A stretch of 64,000 nt of DNA from positions 49,662,001 to 49,726,000 of the forward strand of contig NC_043006.1 in NCBI RefSeq assembly GCF_006345805.1, given 5' to 3'. The position numbers and the translations under genes are program-made. Source of the stretch: Octopus sinensis. Its lineage: Eukaryota. Of the stretch, positions 1 to 12,730 are shown in pieces. The stretch's first letter is position 1. The number at the start of each line of letters is the position of its first letter. The notes beneath the pieces were generated by a model. It saw nothing but the letters and a program-made list of their open reading frames with translations. It did no database searches and had not been told where the DNA came from.

Positions 1-678
1 AGCACAACTGAACTATATGAAACTTGATAGTAGACTAAAGGCAGATATTGCTCTCTTACATATTAATACTCTCCTGAAAGATGATGCAATATATTGTAAG
101 AATTGCGTCATGACAAATATTGTGTCACCCTATCACCTAGCAGACTGAAGGTGATGCAATACCACACAGATTTACAGGAATATTTTCATAATTTTTCTTA
201 TTTTAATTTAAGATTTAGCAAATAAATTGAATACAATTTTATCTATTTTTTATATTTGATAAATATCTAGGAAAATAATATTTGATACTGCTTTTATTCT
301 GTTTAGAATGACAAGAGTATTTGTCTGAATTCAATTCGAGGGTCCAATGGTCCCATACGGTAATTAATGTATAAAATGAAATTTTCTAGCTTTTATAAAC
401 ATACGGAAAATTTCCCATTTGACAAATAAAAGAGTTAAGAAAAAATAAGAGTCACGAGAAATCAGCAGAATCAAACGGTAGGAAAAAGCAAGTGAAAAAA
501 CTGAAATGGGTCAATTGGACCCATTGGTAGACAGAAGGTTAAAGAAAGAAAGGAGCATATCTGAAGAAAAGACGCAGACACGACCATGTGGTTAAGGGAC
601 TTGCTTCTTGTAAGTGAAAATTTGCATGTGACCACGATACATATATAAATACACATGCATACGTATATAAATACACAC

Positions 679-762
679 ACATACATACATACATGCATAC
701 ATACATACATACATACATACATACATACATACATACATACATACATACATACATACATACAT
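679..762. repeat. (TACA)n microsatellite
   Basis: Direct reading; similar tracts at 14592-14650, 33270-33312, 38783-38838, 49030-49150 and 56430-56465. Confidence 0.97.
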
Positions 763-1015
763 GGTGGTCACTCCGTCTTCACAGATGACTGCCAGCTCCT
801 TGTCCTTCTTCGTTGTCGATGGCATTTCTGACTTTGTTTCCATGTTCTCTCAGATGAGTAGTCAGTCCCGCTGCTTTGTAACTGCGCACTTCCATCTGGC
901 AAGATCTATACACGTCCCCAGAGTTGAAAGAAATAATACTAATCATTTTATCCGACGCTCACCTGATTCTGCCAGCTCGCAGAACATCAATAACAGCAGC
1001 AACAGCAACAAGTGT

Positions 1016-1205
1016 AGGCGCAATGGCCCAGTGGTTAGTGCAGCGGACTCGTGGTTGTAAGAACGCGGTTTCGATTCCCAGACCGGGCATTGTGAGTGTT
1101 TATTGAGCAAAAACACCTAAGCTCCACGAGGCTCCGACGGGTCGGGGATGAACCCCGCTGTACTCTTTCACCACAACTTTCTCTCACTCTTTCTTCCTAC
1201 TTCTG
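1016..1205 (+). mobile_element. SINE family B (GGCGCAATGGCCCAGTGGTTAG head)
   Basis: A-box TGGCCCAGTGG, B-box GGTTTCGATTCC, body AAAACACCTAAGCTCCACGAGGCTCC; shared with 30955, 38293 and 41393. Confidence 0.85.
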
Positions 1206-1491
1206 CCACAAAGCAGAGGAACCATGGTGTAACCCACTATGGTGTGGTAAAACTTTCAGACCCTAGTCTAGATTGCGAATCCACTGTACCCCAGGATGGT
1301 TCAGCTCTCCACCCGTTAAAGGCAACCGTTTACGGAATGAGGATAACAACGTAACTTTCGCACCCGTGTAACCACCAGTCTATCTCGTGTGGTGAGTGGA
1401 TCTTCAAGTTGCCACATGCATTCGTAGTAGCTTAGAGCAGGCTTGAATTAGAGATTATTCTTTGTGGCTAATGGCGTGTGTCCTGGTTGGA

Positions 1492-1626
1492 AGAAGAAGA
1501 TGAAGAAGAAGAAGGAGGAGGAGGAGAAGGAGGAGAAGAAGAAGAAGAAGAGAAGAAGAAGAAGAAGAAGAAGAAGAAGAAGAAGAAGAAGAAGAAGAAG
1601 AAGAGAAGAAGAAGAAGAAGAAGAAA
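1492..1626. repeat. (GAA)n microsatellite
   Basis: Direct reading; another (GAA)n tract at 18659-18700. Confidence 0.97.
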
Positions 1627-3986
1627 CAGCAACAAAGGCAATAACAACATCATCAATAGCAGCAGTAGCACCAGCGGCAGCAGCAGCATTATATAAGACT
1701 GAAGCAACGAAGTAGACTGTATGTCATTGATCAGTAAAGCCGTATTCGAATCACGCTCTGGGGCCTTAAAAACGGAAGGGTATTTAGTTCTTGATGCGTT
1801 AAGTCCAAATAGCAAACGGATTGGTCCCTTTGATCGTAGATTTAGTGAATCAGGGTTGAACTGGGATTAAACAACAACAACAGTTATAAGAAGGCGATCT
1901 CACAAGATCTCACGAGATACAACAAAAGAACACTGCGGATTCTGAGTGACTCTGAGCGCTAGTTATATTTATGACATATTAAACTTACGTTGGTGTTTTA
2001 GGACGCCCTATAAATTTGACTACGTTTTACCCTTGTTTATGTTTAAGCTTTCCTCCTTTTTTACCCAACTCTCCTTAGTCTCCAGGTATATAGATGACGA
2101 TCCCAGAAGCTTCCATGATGCTTTCATGAGTCAGAGGAGGAACAGAGGTCACACATCTTATCGGTAATTAACAAAGAAAGGACTTGCCGATGACAGAACA
2201 ACTTACGATCATTCTGTCGTTAACATGTTCCACCTACTGACGACAGGATGATTATCAGCAAGTGAAATATTTCTGATCTGCGCCTCGGCCGTCCCAAAGG
2301 CTACGTCTAGATATTCAACTGTTGGCTAAATGATCAGTTGTAAATGTAAATTCTATTGGGAAAAAAGTGCGCCCCTCCTCACAATCCCATTGCCTTTACA
2401 TCCTTAATTGTTGAGGACTTGTTCTATTCCGGTGGTAGGGCCCCACTCCTCGCGAATCTCTGATGCTTTCACATCACTAACTGGTGATAATCTCGAAGTG
2501 GGTTTCTCTTCTTTTGCTGCAATAGGTTGAGACAGACTGATTTTATTTTTTCTACTTTCTATTTCCCATCATCGATGACGCTCTCCAGCTCCCTCCTTGT
2601 CACAAGATTTTGAGTTAAGGCTACTCGTTGCATAAAGTTTATAGGACGTGACATGAAGTGACCACTACTTCGGTGTCTACGATTTCTAGAGCTGTAGACG
2701 AATGGTGCTGTGTCAACTGGAGTCTTCAGTTGACACAACGCAGCAGCTCTCTGAGCTGCTCTTAGTTGTTTTCTCTTCTTTTTCACCCTTTCTAGTTAAG
2801 AACAAAAGCGCTTTAAAAGCTTTTGTTATCACAGTATAGCAGCTGGAGACTTTGCTCTGCACCATTAGTTTCTTTCCCATTGTCTCGGCACTTTCAACTG
2901 GGCACAAACCTTCCATGGCCTTCTAGCTTTTGAGAGTCATTAAAATTCTGACGAGTCAATCCAATCCGCCACCATAATAATATTAATAATGATAATTTTG
3001 AGTGTAAGAGTCATGTAGATTACGCCGACTCCAGTACTTGAATGGTACTTTATCTTATCGATCCGGAAAGTTAGAAAGACAAAGTTGAGTTCGTGGGTAT
3101 TTGAGTTCAGATAATAAAGAGCCAGAGGAAATGCCGCTAAGCCTTTTGTCCCAAGTGCTAGCAATTCTGCTAACTCGCGGCTCAACCATACTATTAATAA
3201 TAATAATTCTTACAATATTAATGTTAACAATAATAATTTTAGGAGAATTAGATCCAAGACCATTTATCTAGTATTTATTTTCCAAATCGGAGAGATGTAT
3301 GGCTAACTGTACCGTATCTAGATTTAAAGAGGTTAGGGGGCATTAAATGAACTTTCGACCGATTGACTTTGGGCCATCGGAAAATATCTCAATCTCATAA
3401 TCTCTTCCTTTAAACCTGACATTAATGGTAGTAGAAAAGGATTTGGCTTATTTGAAAGTTTGTGCAATATTCAAGATAGAAAATGGAAAATTAGAAAAAG
3501 TGGCGAAGGGGTAGAGTGTGTGTGTAAGAGGGAGAGAGAGAGAGAGATAGAGAGAGAGAGGGAGAGAGAGAGAGAACTGAGGAGGGAGAGACAGGACAAT
3601 AGAAAAAGAGACATTAATGATGAATTGATACGAAAGCATATTAGCAGCCATTAAGAAGAATGCCAAGGGAGTGAAAGCGATTAGTAATATGATTGAAAGC
3701 TTAGTAAAATAAGGAAGATGTTGTTAAGGCCACCTTTAGAAAAGAAGAGAAACAGCTGGGACTGGGTGAAGTGAATTGGGTTGAAAAGGGTACTGATAGA
3801 CGAGAAGAATCTGAAATTATATTACTTAATATCTCCAAAAGAAAGAGGAACAAAAGAAGAACAATTGGATTATAAAACAGCAACGTAGTAAACTCATTAG
3901 AGATAATTAATATCATATACACAATAGAAGCAACAGGTACAGGCGTTTCAAATGCCTCTAATTATACACGTGCATATGAGTGTGAC

Positions 3987-4027
<41 letters not shown>

Positions 4028-4701
4028 ATGTATATATATATGTGTGTGCATGTGTGTATCGCTACATACACACTCACGCACACGCATGTAACACACACAC
4101 GTGTGCACGCACATACACGCAAGCGTAGTGGGTTTTCAGTAAAACATTGCATGATATTTAAAGTTTAAATAATTTCAAAGCTAAATCAGTGCAAATTTGA
4201 AATAAAGGAGCGTATACAGAAGAAAAGAAAATTGAAGAACAATATGTGCTTAGCTACATATATTTTGCTATTTCTGAGTTAATACCCCTCTCTTAGCAGA
4301 AAATAGAGAACTGTATGAAGCTGGTATCTTTTAAACAAATTTGCAATGTATAGGCTTTTAGTTTAGTTTACCTTCGTATGCATATATTCGTGCGTTTGTG
4401 TTTGTGTGTGTGTGTGGTGGTGGTGGTGGGTAAATATGAGAGAATAATAGGAGACAATATCATTGATATTATATGTATTTATTTTCTCAGATGAGGTAAA
4501 AATGGGTGCAAAAACGTGAATGCAAACGTCGACACCTGAAAATTTTCTAAGAGTATTCGAAAACTGGGTTCAAGATGACGCAAATGTATCGTTTGTAATG
4601 TTGAGTAATATCTTTGCATAGAGGAACGAGTTACTCTGCCAACATGTGCAGATTGAATGATATATATATTTGTGTGTACGATCTTCGTGCAAATACGCAA
4701 A

Positions 4702-4741
<40 letters not shown>

Positions 4742-4845
4742 CGTGTGTGTGTGGGGTTATATATATATGTATATATACATATAACTACATGGGAATCGTT
4801 GGCGATTTTTTTCCTCCGTCTTCCTTTTCTGTTGGACTTTCCTCT

Positions 4846-4881
4846 GATTCTGAAGAAGAGCTTTGCTCGAAACATAAAACC
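4846..4881 (+). ncRNA. Minimal hammerhead-ribozyme-like motif (degenerate copy) in a short (TA)n-flanked element spanning about 4785-4985
   Basis: gatt CTGAAGA a GAGC ttt GCTC GAAAC ATA aaac; the expected GTA cleavage triplet reads ATA. Confidence 0.6.
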
Positions 4882-5419
4882 ACCTTTCTTTCCTTCTCTG
4901 ACCGTCTGCTAATGCTTTACATGTACCACACCCTCGCATTATTGTCTTTTGTGTTTGTTCTTCGTTTTTTTTATTTACTATATATATATATATGCACACA
5001 TACATACTATATATACATATATATGTGTGTGTGTTTGGTGGCTTTTGCATTTATTTCGCTGTGTTGTTGATGTGAAGTTGTTATCAAACAGATATTATTT
5101 GTACTTTGGTGAAGTCATTTTACCATTTAAAATATTGCTTGCACTGGATATAGTTTATATCCCCATTGTTAAATAACAATTAAAAAACTTCCCTGCTCAA
5201 AATGCTGAACCATATATAGTGTGAAAAACAACTTCGTACACTCTCATAAAGCAAATCTCTCTCTTTTGCTTGCCAAGCACACATTACATCATTACATACG
5301 TAAAAGTACTGAAAATAAACAACGTCCTAGAAGTCCAGCTTTGGATGATTTGTAACGTATTCAGAATGTGTTAACTCTACGTATTGCAAAAGCTCATATA
5401 GGATTTCATCCATCGCGTA

Positions 5420-6150
5420 CAATTCTCCGAATATAACCAACTGAGTCAATTATGGCGTGTAGAGGAACCGAAAAAAGATTCGAAACGAACAACATCCAAG
5501 ATGTTAATAGACTGTGCTCCATATACCGGAGCAAATTCTTGAGCAAATTAAAACAAAAACGCAAAACAATAACTAAACAAAACAGGCTTATGGTATTGCA
5601 GCCACGAATGCTAGGATTAATATTTAACGACAGTACGCCCAAAAAACAACTAGATCACATATTTAGAAAACCAAATCGGTTAAAAAAGATCAGATTCATT
5701 AAATCACTAATTTGGAAATACACGCATCAACAGAAACGGCGGATCATACGCAATACACTTCCCTGTAAACTTGCGAAACTAGGGATTTAATGTATTGTAT
5801 GAGGTGCAAAGCTGTGTAGAAGCAAAGGCTCATCACCACAACTTGTTTAGGGAAAATGGCCTGTAGCTAACTTTTTAATGATAGGATCATACCGGAGCAG
5901 GTACATTGAAAAGAGACTATTATCTATAGCACATCAATGTGCGGAAAATGGATAGATAACCAACGTAAGGTTTTTTTTTTAAATCCATACATCCATATAA
6001 CACGATGCTTAAACAAATCACCGAGGAAAGTGTTCTGGAAATTTCCGGAAAAAGATTCCGGACCTAACAACTCAATCATTGGGAAAATTGATTGGCGTAA
6101 CAACGTTTACAATGCCTTCCGCCCACAACAACATCCTGGACATAAATAAC
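5420..6150 (+). mobile_element. Possible decayed non-LTR retrotransposon fragment (post-RT region)
   Basis: Coding-like composition; LPCKLAKLGI resembles the LP..GGLG motif downstream of RT. No diagnostic catalytic motif was seen. Confidence 0.3.
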
Positions 6151-6699
6151 TTCTACTACCACTACCATTTATGATAATAATAGAAATTTGAGATCAATTA
6201 CATAGAATATTAGAGAATGGGAACAACAGAACAACCTCCTACCTACCTAATAAACAACAACTGCAACAAAGATATATGTACTTACATATACGCACACACA
6301 TATACATATAATTCTATTATGCAATTCAGTTGAATGCATGTGCATCCCAAAACCAAAAAGAAAATCAACAAAAGTAGACACAAATAGATACATACTTGCA
6401 CACGCGCACACACACGCGCACACACACGTGTTCATAGACGCTCTCTACAATAAATACACACGACATTATCATCTAAAGTACGATTAGACCCACACATTCT
6501 CAAATACGTAGATATTATAGGCTCAAGACAGAAAAATTTGACAGCAGCAGCAAACTGAGAACGTTGAAAAAGATGCAGGCGTACAGAGGATGACGCTGAC
6601 AAATCAATCAATCAATAATTAATTAACTATAAAGAAATTAACCTATAGCCAATGTGTCTATTTTGGCATAGCGACCCTCTCAATATACAATATGATAAA

Positions 6700-6909
6700 G
6701 CGGCGAGCTGGCAGAAACGTTAGCACACCGGGCGAAATGCTTAGCGGTATTTCGTCTGTCTTTACGTTCTGAGTTCAAATTCCGCCGAGGTCGACTTTGC
6801 CTTTCATCCTTCCGGAGTCGATAAATTAAATACCAGTTGCGTACTGGGGTTGATTGAATCGACTGGACCCCTCCCCCAAAAATTCGGGCCTTGTGCCTAG
6901 AGTAGAAAA
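6700..6909 (+). mobile_element. SINE family A (GGCGGCGAGCTGGCAGAA head)
   Basis: tRNA-like head with B-box GAGTTCAAATTCC; core GTCGACTTTGCCTTTCATCC..GTCGATAAATTAA.TACCAG; recurs about 20 times in the window. Confidence 0.85.
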
Positions 6910-6953
6910 CATATACAATATAGGAACGCATATATATATATATGTGTGTGTAT

Positions 6954-7016
<63 letters not shown>

Positions 7017-7523
7017 ATATGTTGTTGTATATTTATATATATATATATATATTTGTAAAAAATGAAGTTCGAAAATGCTGCTATATTATACAATTTTTAA
7101 TTTTTATATATACATTATAACATGTTTCAGTTCCTGAAATGAACCTTATAAAAAAAAGTTATATATAAAAAAAGACAGCTCATGCCGTCAAACACAAGAA
7201 ATTCATTTATAATACACAACGGAGTCAGACATCTTAGAGTTCATGTATAGTTGATATATAGTTTGAAGTAAGTTCATTCATGCTATATGTTCAAAGTGTT
7301 CGATGCAGTGGCCCACGGTGGCGATACGTATTCAATACAAAAAACAGATCAAAGTGGTGGAAAGCAGTCAATACAGAAGATTGATGTTTCCGAAAGAGCG
7401 AGGAATTCATTTTTACCTTAAGCAATTGTGATGACCCATGGTGGGTGTTCGATGGGTGGTTCTAGTGAGTCTTGTGAATTGCTCGGTTTTATAATGCCTG
7501 TTAGGTGGTCAGTCCAGCGTAGC

Positions 7524-7860
7524 GTGACGTCATCAACGTTTTGACCAATCGTTTCGTTAGGTGGCTTTAGTCAAGCAGAACGGGACGTCATCATCATTTT
7601 GACCAATCGCTGTATTATAACTGCCTCTTGTCTGTTTCCTGTTTTGACCAGTCGCTTCGTTAGTCAAGCAGAACGGGACGTCATCCAGATTCTGCCCAAT
7701 CACGACTTATAGCTACATTAGATCTGCCCCCTGTCTGTACTTGTTAGGTGACTAGTCAAGCAGAAAAGGACGTCATCAATATTCTGACTAATGACTGTCC
7801 CCTGTTTGTATCCTGTCCATTCTAGCAGAACTAGACGTCATCAACTTGTTGACCAATCAG
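7524..7860. promoter_or_regulatory. Five-copy array of GACGTCATC-N9-TG(A/C)C(C/T)AAT (CRE-like site + CCAAT box) in the Penelope 3' region
   Basis: Copies at about 7524, 7568, 7661, 7753 and 7822. Most are preceded by TAGTCAAGCAGAA. The regulatory function is inferred. Confidence 0.5.
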
Positions 7861-8028
7861 AATCGGGTCTGACCCTTAGCTGTATCGTATGTATCAGGGT
7901 CAGATTTGCACGAACGAATTTTTTTCCCTTTTTTTACTAAGGCATATTTCCGTCAGTGCGAGTGTCTGTTTAAGGTAGCGGCCGTGGTGGAATTTTGCTT
8001 CTCCTTTTCGGAGGACTTATCTTTTGTT

Positions 8029-9432
8029 TTAGTATTCCTGGCCCAGGGTGTTTAAACTTGGTCTAAATTTTTTTATGAAATATAGTTCTTTATTTTGGCA
8101 TTGTGTGAAGGTTGCGTTGTCACTGAATTTATAGAGCGGGTTAGTTGTAAATTTCGGATTTACATTTCCAGGACATCTATCTATGTGTCCGCTGACCGGT
8201 ATTTTGCGGTAATCAGGGTTTCTAATTTGTGATTTATGCACCGCCATCCTGTTACGTAAGCTATTTTTTGTATGGCCTATATACTGCCTATTGCAGCCTG
8301 CGCATGTTATGACGTAAATTAAGTTTTCTGATGCGCAGGTGAAGTTTGTTCTAATGGTGAACTGGTGGCCTTGTTCCAGTATAAATTCTGATCCTTCTTT
8401 CAAGATGACACAGATTCCGCAGTTGGGCCTTCCACATTTTCTAACTGCTGGTTTTGTGGTTGATGTTGAGTGCAGTGTAGCTTGGGTTAAAATCCTTTTC
8501 AAGGATTTTGGTTGCCGTTTACTTTTAATGATGGTGTGTGTTTCGAGGATCCGGTTCATCTTTGGGTCTCCCTTTAGTAGGGCTGTGCTTTGTAGTATGG
8601 TGTTGAAGGCCTCATTGTTGAGTGGGTTGTGTGTAGAGATGTAGGGAAGGGTTTTTAATTGTTCTTTCTTTTTTGGTTTTGTTTGTCTCAGGTCTTCTAT
8701 ACTTAATTTAAGTACCCGTTGGATTGCACTGTCTATTAGGGGCTGTGGATAGTTTCTATTTGTGAGTGTGGTTCTAAGTTCCTGGAGACGTGTGTGTCGG
8801 GTGTTTGTGTCTGATATTATGGTGCAAATCCTTCTAGCTAAACAAAAAGGGACATTCATCTAGTGTGTCGTGGGTGGCATGAATCAAAGGGTAGGTACTG
8901 TTTAGAGTCTGTCGGTTTATAGTAGATATCTGTCTCTATTTTGTTGCCGGTTTTCTTAATGAGGATGTCTAAAAATGGTAATTCTTTTTCGTTGTGGTCC
9001 ATCGTGAATTGTATATTGTCATTTATTCCATTTAATAGTATTTTAAATTCCTCAAGTTTCTCTATACCTTTGTCCCAGATGATGAAACAGTCATCGAGGT
9101 ATCTTTTCCAGTTGTTATGGATATAGGTGGCGAAGGTGTTTCCATATTTCTCGAGTGTTATCCGGTATAGTATTTTCTCGAGGTATCCCATCACTAGGTT
9201 GGCAAAAGATGGTGCAGTACGCGTGCCCATCGCTGTTCCCGATCTTTGCCTGTAGAAATCATTGTCAAAAATAAAATAATTGTTCTCTAAAATGAATCTA
9301 AGTCCTTCTATTATAAGGTCTTTGTTTATGCGAGTTGGGAGTTCAAAGGGGTAGTTATTCAGCCAGAAGGTGATCGCTTCTATTCCTAGGTTGTGAGGGA
9401 TGTTAGAATAAAGATTAACTACGTCGAATGAT
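8029..9432 (-). pseudogene. Penelope RT-GIY-YIG ORF with one apparent 1-bp frameshift near 8858
   Basis: ORFs 8856..9230 and 8029..8859 join as SCHPRHT(K)MNVPFCLARR if one base is restored. Confidence 0.88.
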
Positions 9433-9461
9433 ACTATATATATATATATATATATATATAA

Positions 9462-9818
9462 ACATTATATAAAAGGGCTTAGTAAAATAAATTACTTTGC
9501 CACATACTGAACTTATTAGAATAGTAGCTAAAAAAACTTTTTTAAAACTATTTCTAATACTTAAAGAAAACCTCTCTCATATAGTGTTTGCTCAATTCAA
9601 CTCACGAAAGTATGGGGGTAAAGACATTAAAAAATCAAATGCAAAGGTTATTTGAGTTATTTGAGTTATTTTCGTGAGTTGAATTGAGCAAACACTATAT
9701 GAGAGAGGTTTTCTTTAAGTATTAGAAATAGTTTTAAAAAAGTTTTTTTAGCTACTATTTCTAATGAGTTCAGTATGCGGCAAAGTAATTTATTTTACTA
9801 AGCCCTTTTATATAATGT
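9462..9818. repeat. Inverted repeat with about 148-bp arms (9462-9609 / 9670-9818) and a 60-bp spacer
   Basis: Arm 1 ACATTATATAAAAGGGCTTAGTAAAAT...CTCACGAAA is the reverse complement of arm 2 with only a few differences. Confidence 0.9.
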
Positions 9819-9901
9819 AATAATTTGAATTCGCCTTAAATGGTCCCTTGCATACTGAATACTTGGTGAAATTGATTAATAATTAATTAATTTTACCCTC
9901 A

Positions 9902-9964
<63 letters not shown>

Positions 9965-10226
9965 GATAGATAGATAGATATGCATATATATATATATATA
10001 TACAGAGAGAGAGAGAGAGAGATATGCACATATATATATATATGTGTGTGTGTGTATTCTTTTACTTGTTTCAGTCATTTGACTGCGGCCATGCTGGAGC
10101 ACCGCCTTTTGTCGAGCAAATCGACCCCAGGACTTACTCTTTGTAAGCCTAGTGCTTATTCTATCGGTTCCTTTTGCCGAACAGCTGTATGTGTATCTAT
10201 GTATGTATGTATCCATGTATACATTG

Positions 10227-10530
10227 AAGGTGTGTGGCTTAGTGGTTAGGGTATTCGGTTCACTATTGTAAGGTTGTAAGTTCGATTCGAAGCGGCGTGT
10301 TGCGTTCTTCATGTTGCTACATTTCCTTCAGCTGTCAAACATGAATGGCACCTGTAATTCAAAGGACCATCTATATCACTTTCTGTGTCACGCTGAATCT
10401 CCCTGAGAACTACGGTAAGTATAAACATGTCTGTGGAGTGCTCAGCCACTTGCTTGTTGATTTCACTAACAGGTTGTTCCATTGATCGGACCAACTGGAA
10501 CCCCCGTCGTCATTACTGACGGAGTGCCAG
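10227..10530 (+). mobile_element. tRNA-headed SINE (C-type head, B-type tail)
   Basis: GGTGTGTGGCTTAGTGGTTAGGG..GTTCGATTCG head; GTGGAGTGCTCAGCCAC tail. Confidence 0.7.
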
Positions 10531-10532
10531 TT

Positions 10533-10594
<62 letters not shown>

Positions 10595-10885
10595 TGCATG
10601 TATATAAGTCAAAGTTTGTTTATTCATCTTGAGAATATTAGTTAAAAAATAAATGTGTCTAAGAATCCTTACAAGTATATTGATCTTCTGTTATTTCAAT
10701 AATAATTTGGAATAATGTGTTGCTTTTAGAGAACCATTTCTCACGAATCCTCAGACACCAAGTGATCTCTTGTTTATTTTATATATTTGTATATTAAAAT
10801 CTACTCCTTCTCATAAACTATTATAAACGTATATACATACAATTATCTTTATATATATTATATAAAGACAATCACACGCATATAA

Positions 10886-10935
<50 letters not shown>

Positions 10936-12692
10936 ATACTAGATACCCGTGGCCCGTTGGGTCACCGAGGAAGTCTAACTTTCCCCACAACGAAGTTTTG
11001 TTTTGTGGATTTATTTTCTTTTCCAGGTTATTTCGCATGATTTCAACGAATGCGACATCGAAATCACACGTAAACGTTTCCTTTCCCCAGAAAAGAAAGA
11101 TTTGGCTGCTATTTCTAGCACGTCCTACTACCACGTAACACATATTTCGGGTCCTTTATCACAAATAGCTAGGCAGAGCGTGCTATAAATAGCAGCCAAA
11201 TCTTTGGAGATGAGATACGTAGAATGCACTCGAAAGAAATCTATGGAGAAAATATTATTTTACACCGAGGTTACGAATGAGTCTTTTACGAAATATTTAC
11301 CGTATTTTTAAAGGCATTTTCATTTTAAAATATGTTGCTCATCATAATGTAGCTAATGGAGAGGTTAGACTTTCTTCCTTTCAGGGTTAAGTTATTTTCG
11401 GAGTATTTTCCCATTATGCACAGTTTTGGGTATTTATATCCCCAAACTCCGAATACCTCACTAACTACTGGTTCGATTTACGCGAAACTTGTTTTATTCT
11501 GTTCATATTCACATTTCAAGGATACTTTACTTTCAAAGTATTTTCCCATTTTTCGCCAGTTTGGCTGTGTAACATTGCAGGCAAGCAAGCAAGCAAGCAA
11601 GCAAGAAAAATTGAACTTATTATAGATAACGGTGTGTATACATTAGCGCTATTGGAAAATATGTATTTGACAAATTTCGTATACAGAATCTAGTTTGTTT
11701 TTTTATTTGCTGTAGATAAGTTTTGAATGAAAACACTAATTTAGTGAGCGACAATATTCAGTAATTTTCATCGTTATTATATAGAATTGGTCTGCCTGCT
11801 GAGATGTCTCCTCGTACCCTTGTAAATAACTACGTCGATTACTTACGGAAATCCTGTGTTGCCACAAAATTGTTGATAATAAAGATGGAGACCTGTAGCT
11901 AAACGAATCGGTGGAGTGACATAAAGCTGAACGATTATTTCTATCGTTCTACCAATGATGTATTGAATCGGGAGGTGGGGTCAGATCACTTAATTCACAG
12001 TTATTCATTCTATCAAACACTGTACAGGTATTGCATGTAGTTACAATAGACGGTCGTAAATAATAGAGAACAGAATAAGTTTGAATGCTGCTGCATTCAG
12101 TGGTGAATTAGTGACAATTCAAATGTATTTGAGTAAATTCAAGAGTCAAAATTGAGTACAGCATGTACTTTTTGCTTTACAGAACTCTGCAGGAACACTT
12201 TATAACGAGGCTTTCACTAATTTGTTTGACTACGTTCAAGTGTATCTATTCGCTTTTATGATTCTACTCGTTTATAAAGTGACTATGCTTTAATAAAATC
12301 TAACATCAACAACTCAAATAAATATATTCAGAATAAGTTAAGGAGTCTCTGTCTGCTAATCAAATTGCTAAAATTAGCGGATAAATCACATAATAAAACT
12401 TCTTTAAAGTATCAGAGACCGCATCCAAAAGACTTTCACGTCGAAAATAGATTATATTGGGAAATGCAATATTTGGTATAAGAGACGGGAAGTTAAGACT
12501 GGAATGCATTTGGTCATATGCCTATTCTCTCGGTAGCGACACTCAGGAAGGAAGCGCTAGATGATGTGGTCCTTGATAGACAGTTTAGGGGAAAAGATAT
12601 AAAAACAGACAAGACGTTCAAGACAGGAACATATTTAATCATAGCATTTGATCATGGCAACAAAAATATTCATTTACATGCATAAAAAATAA

Positions 12693-12730
<38 letters not shown>

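Larger units (their letters stand above)
7140..9432 (-). mobile_element. Penelope-like retroelement (Neptune-like), 5'-truncated, with long 3' non-coding region
   Basis: RT motifs SFDVVNLY, GTAMGTRTAPSFANLVMGYLE and RYLDDCF; linker CGRPNCGIC; GIY-YIG motif NLIYVITCAGCNRQYIGHT. The 5' end is truncated at a (TA)n tract. The 3' boundary is approximate. Confidence 0.9.

Noticed and set aside
760-905. Minus-strand SYKAAGLTTHLREH, resembling an RTE C-terminal zinc finger
   Set aside because: Too short, and the cysteines are not clearly preserved.
7140-8028. Hammerhead in the autonomous Penelope 3' region
   Set aside because: I searched the minus strand by eye for CTGANGA...GAAAC and found no convincing motif.
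8339-9126. Plus-strand ORFs 8339..8644 and 8941..9126; likewise plus-strand ORFs across 51863-55733
   Set aside because: They are antisense shadows of retrotransposon ORFs.
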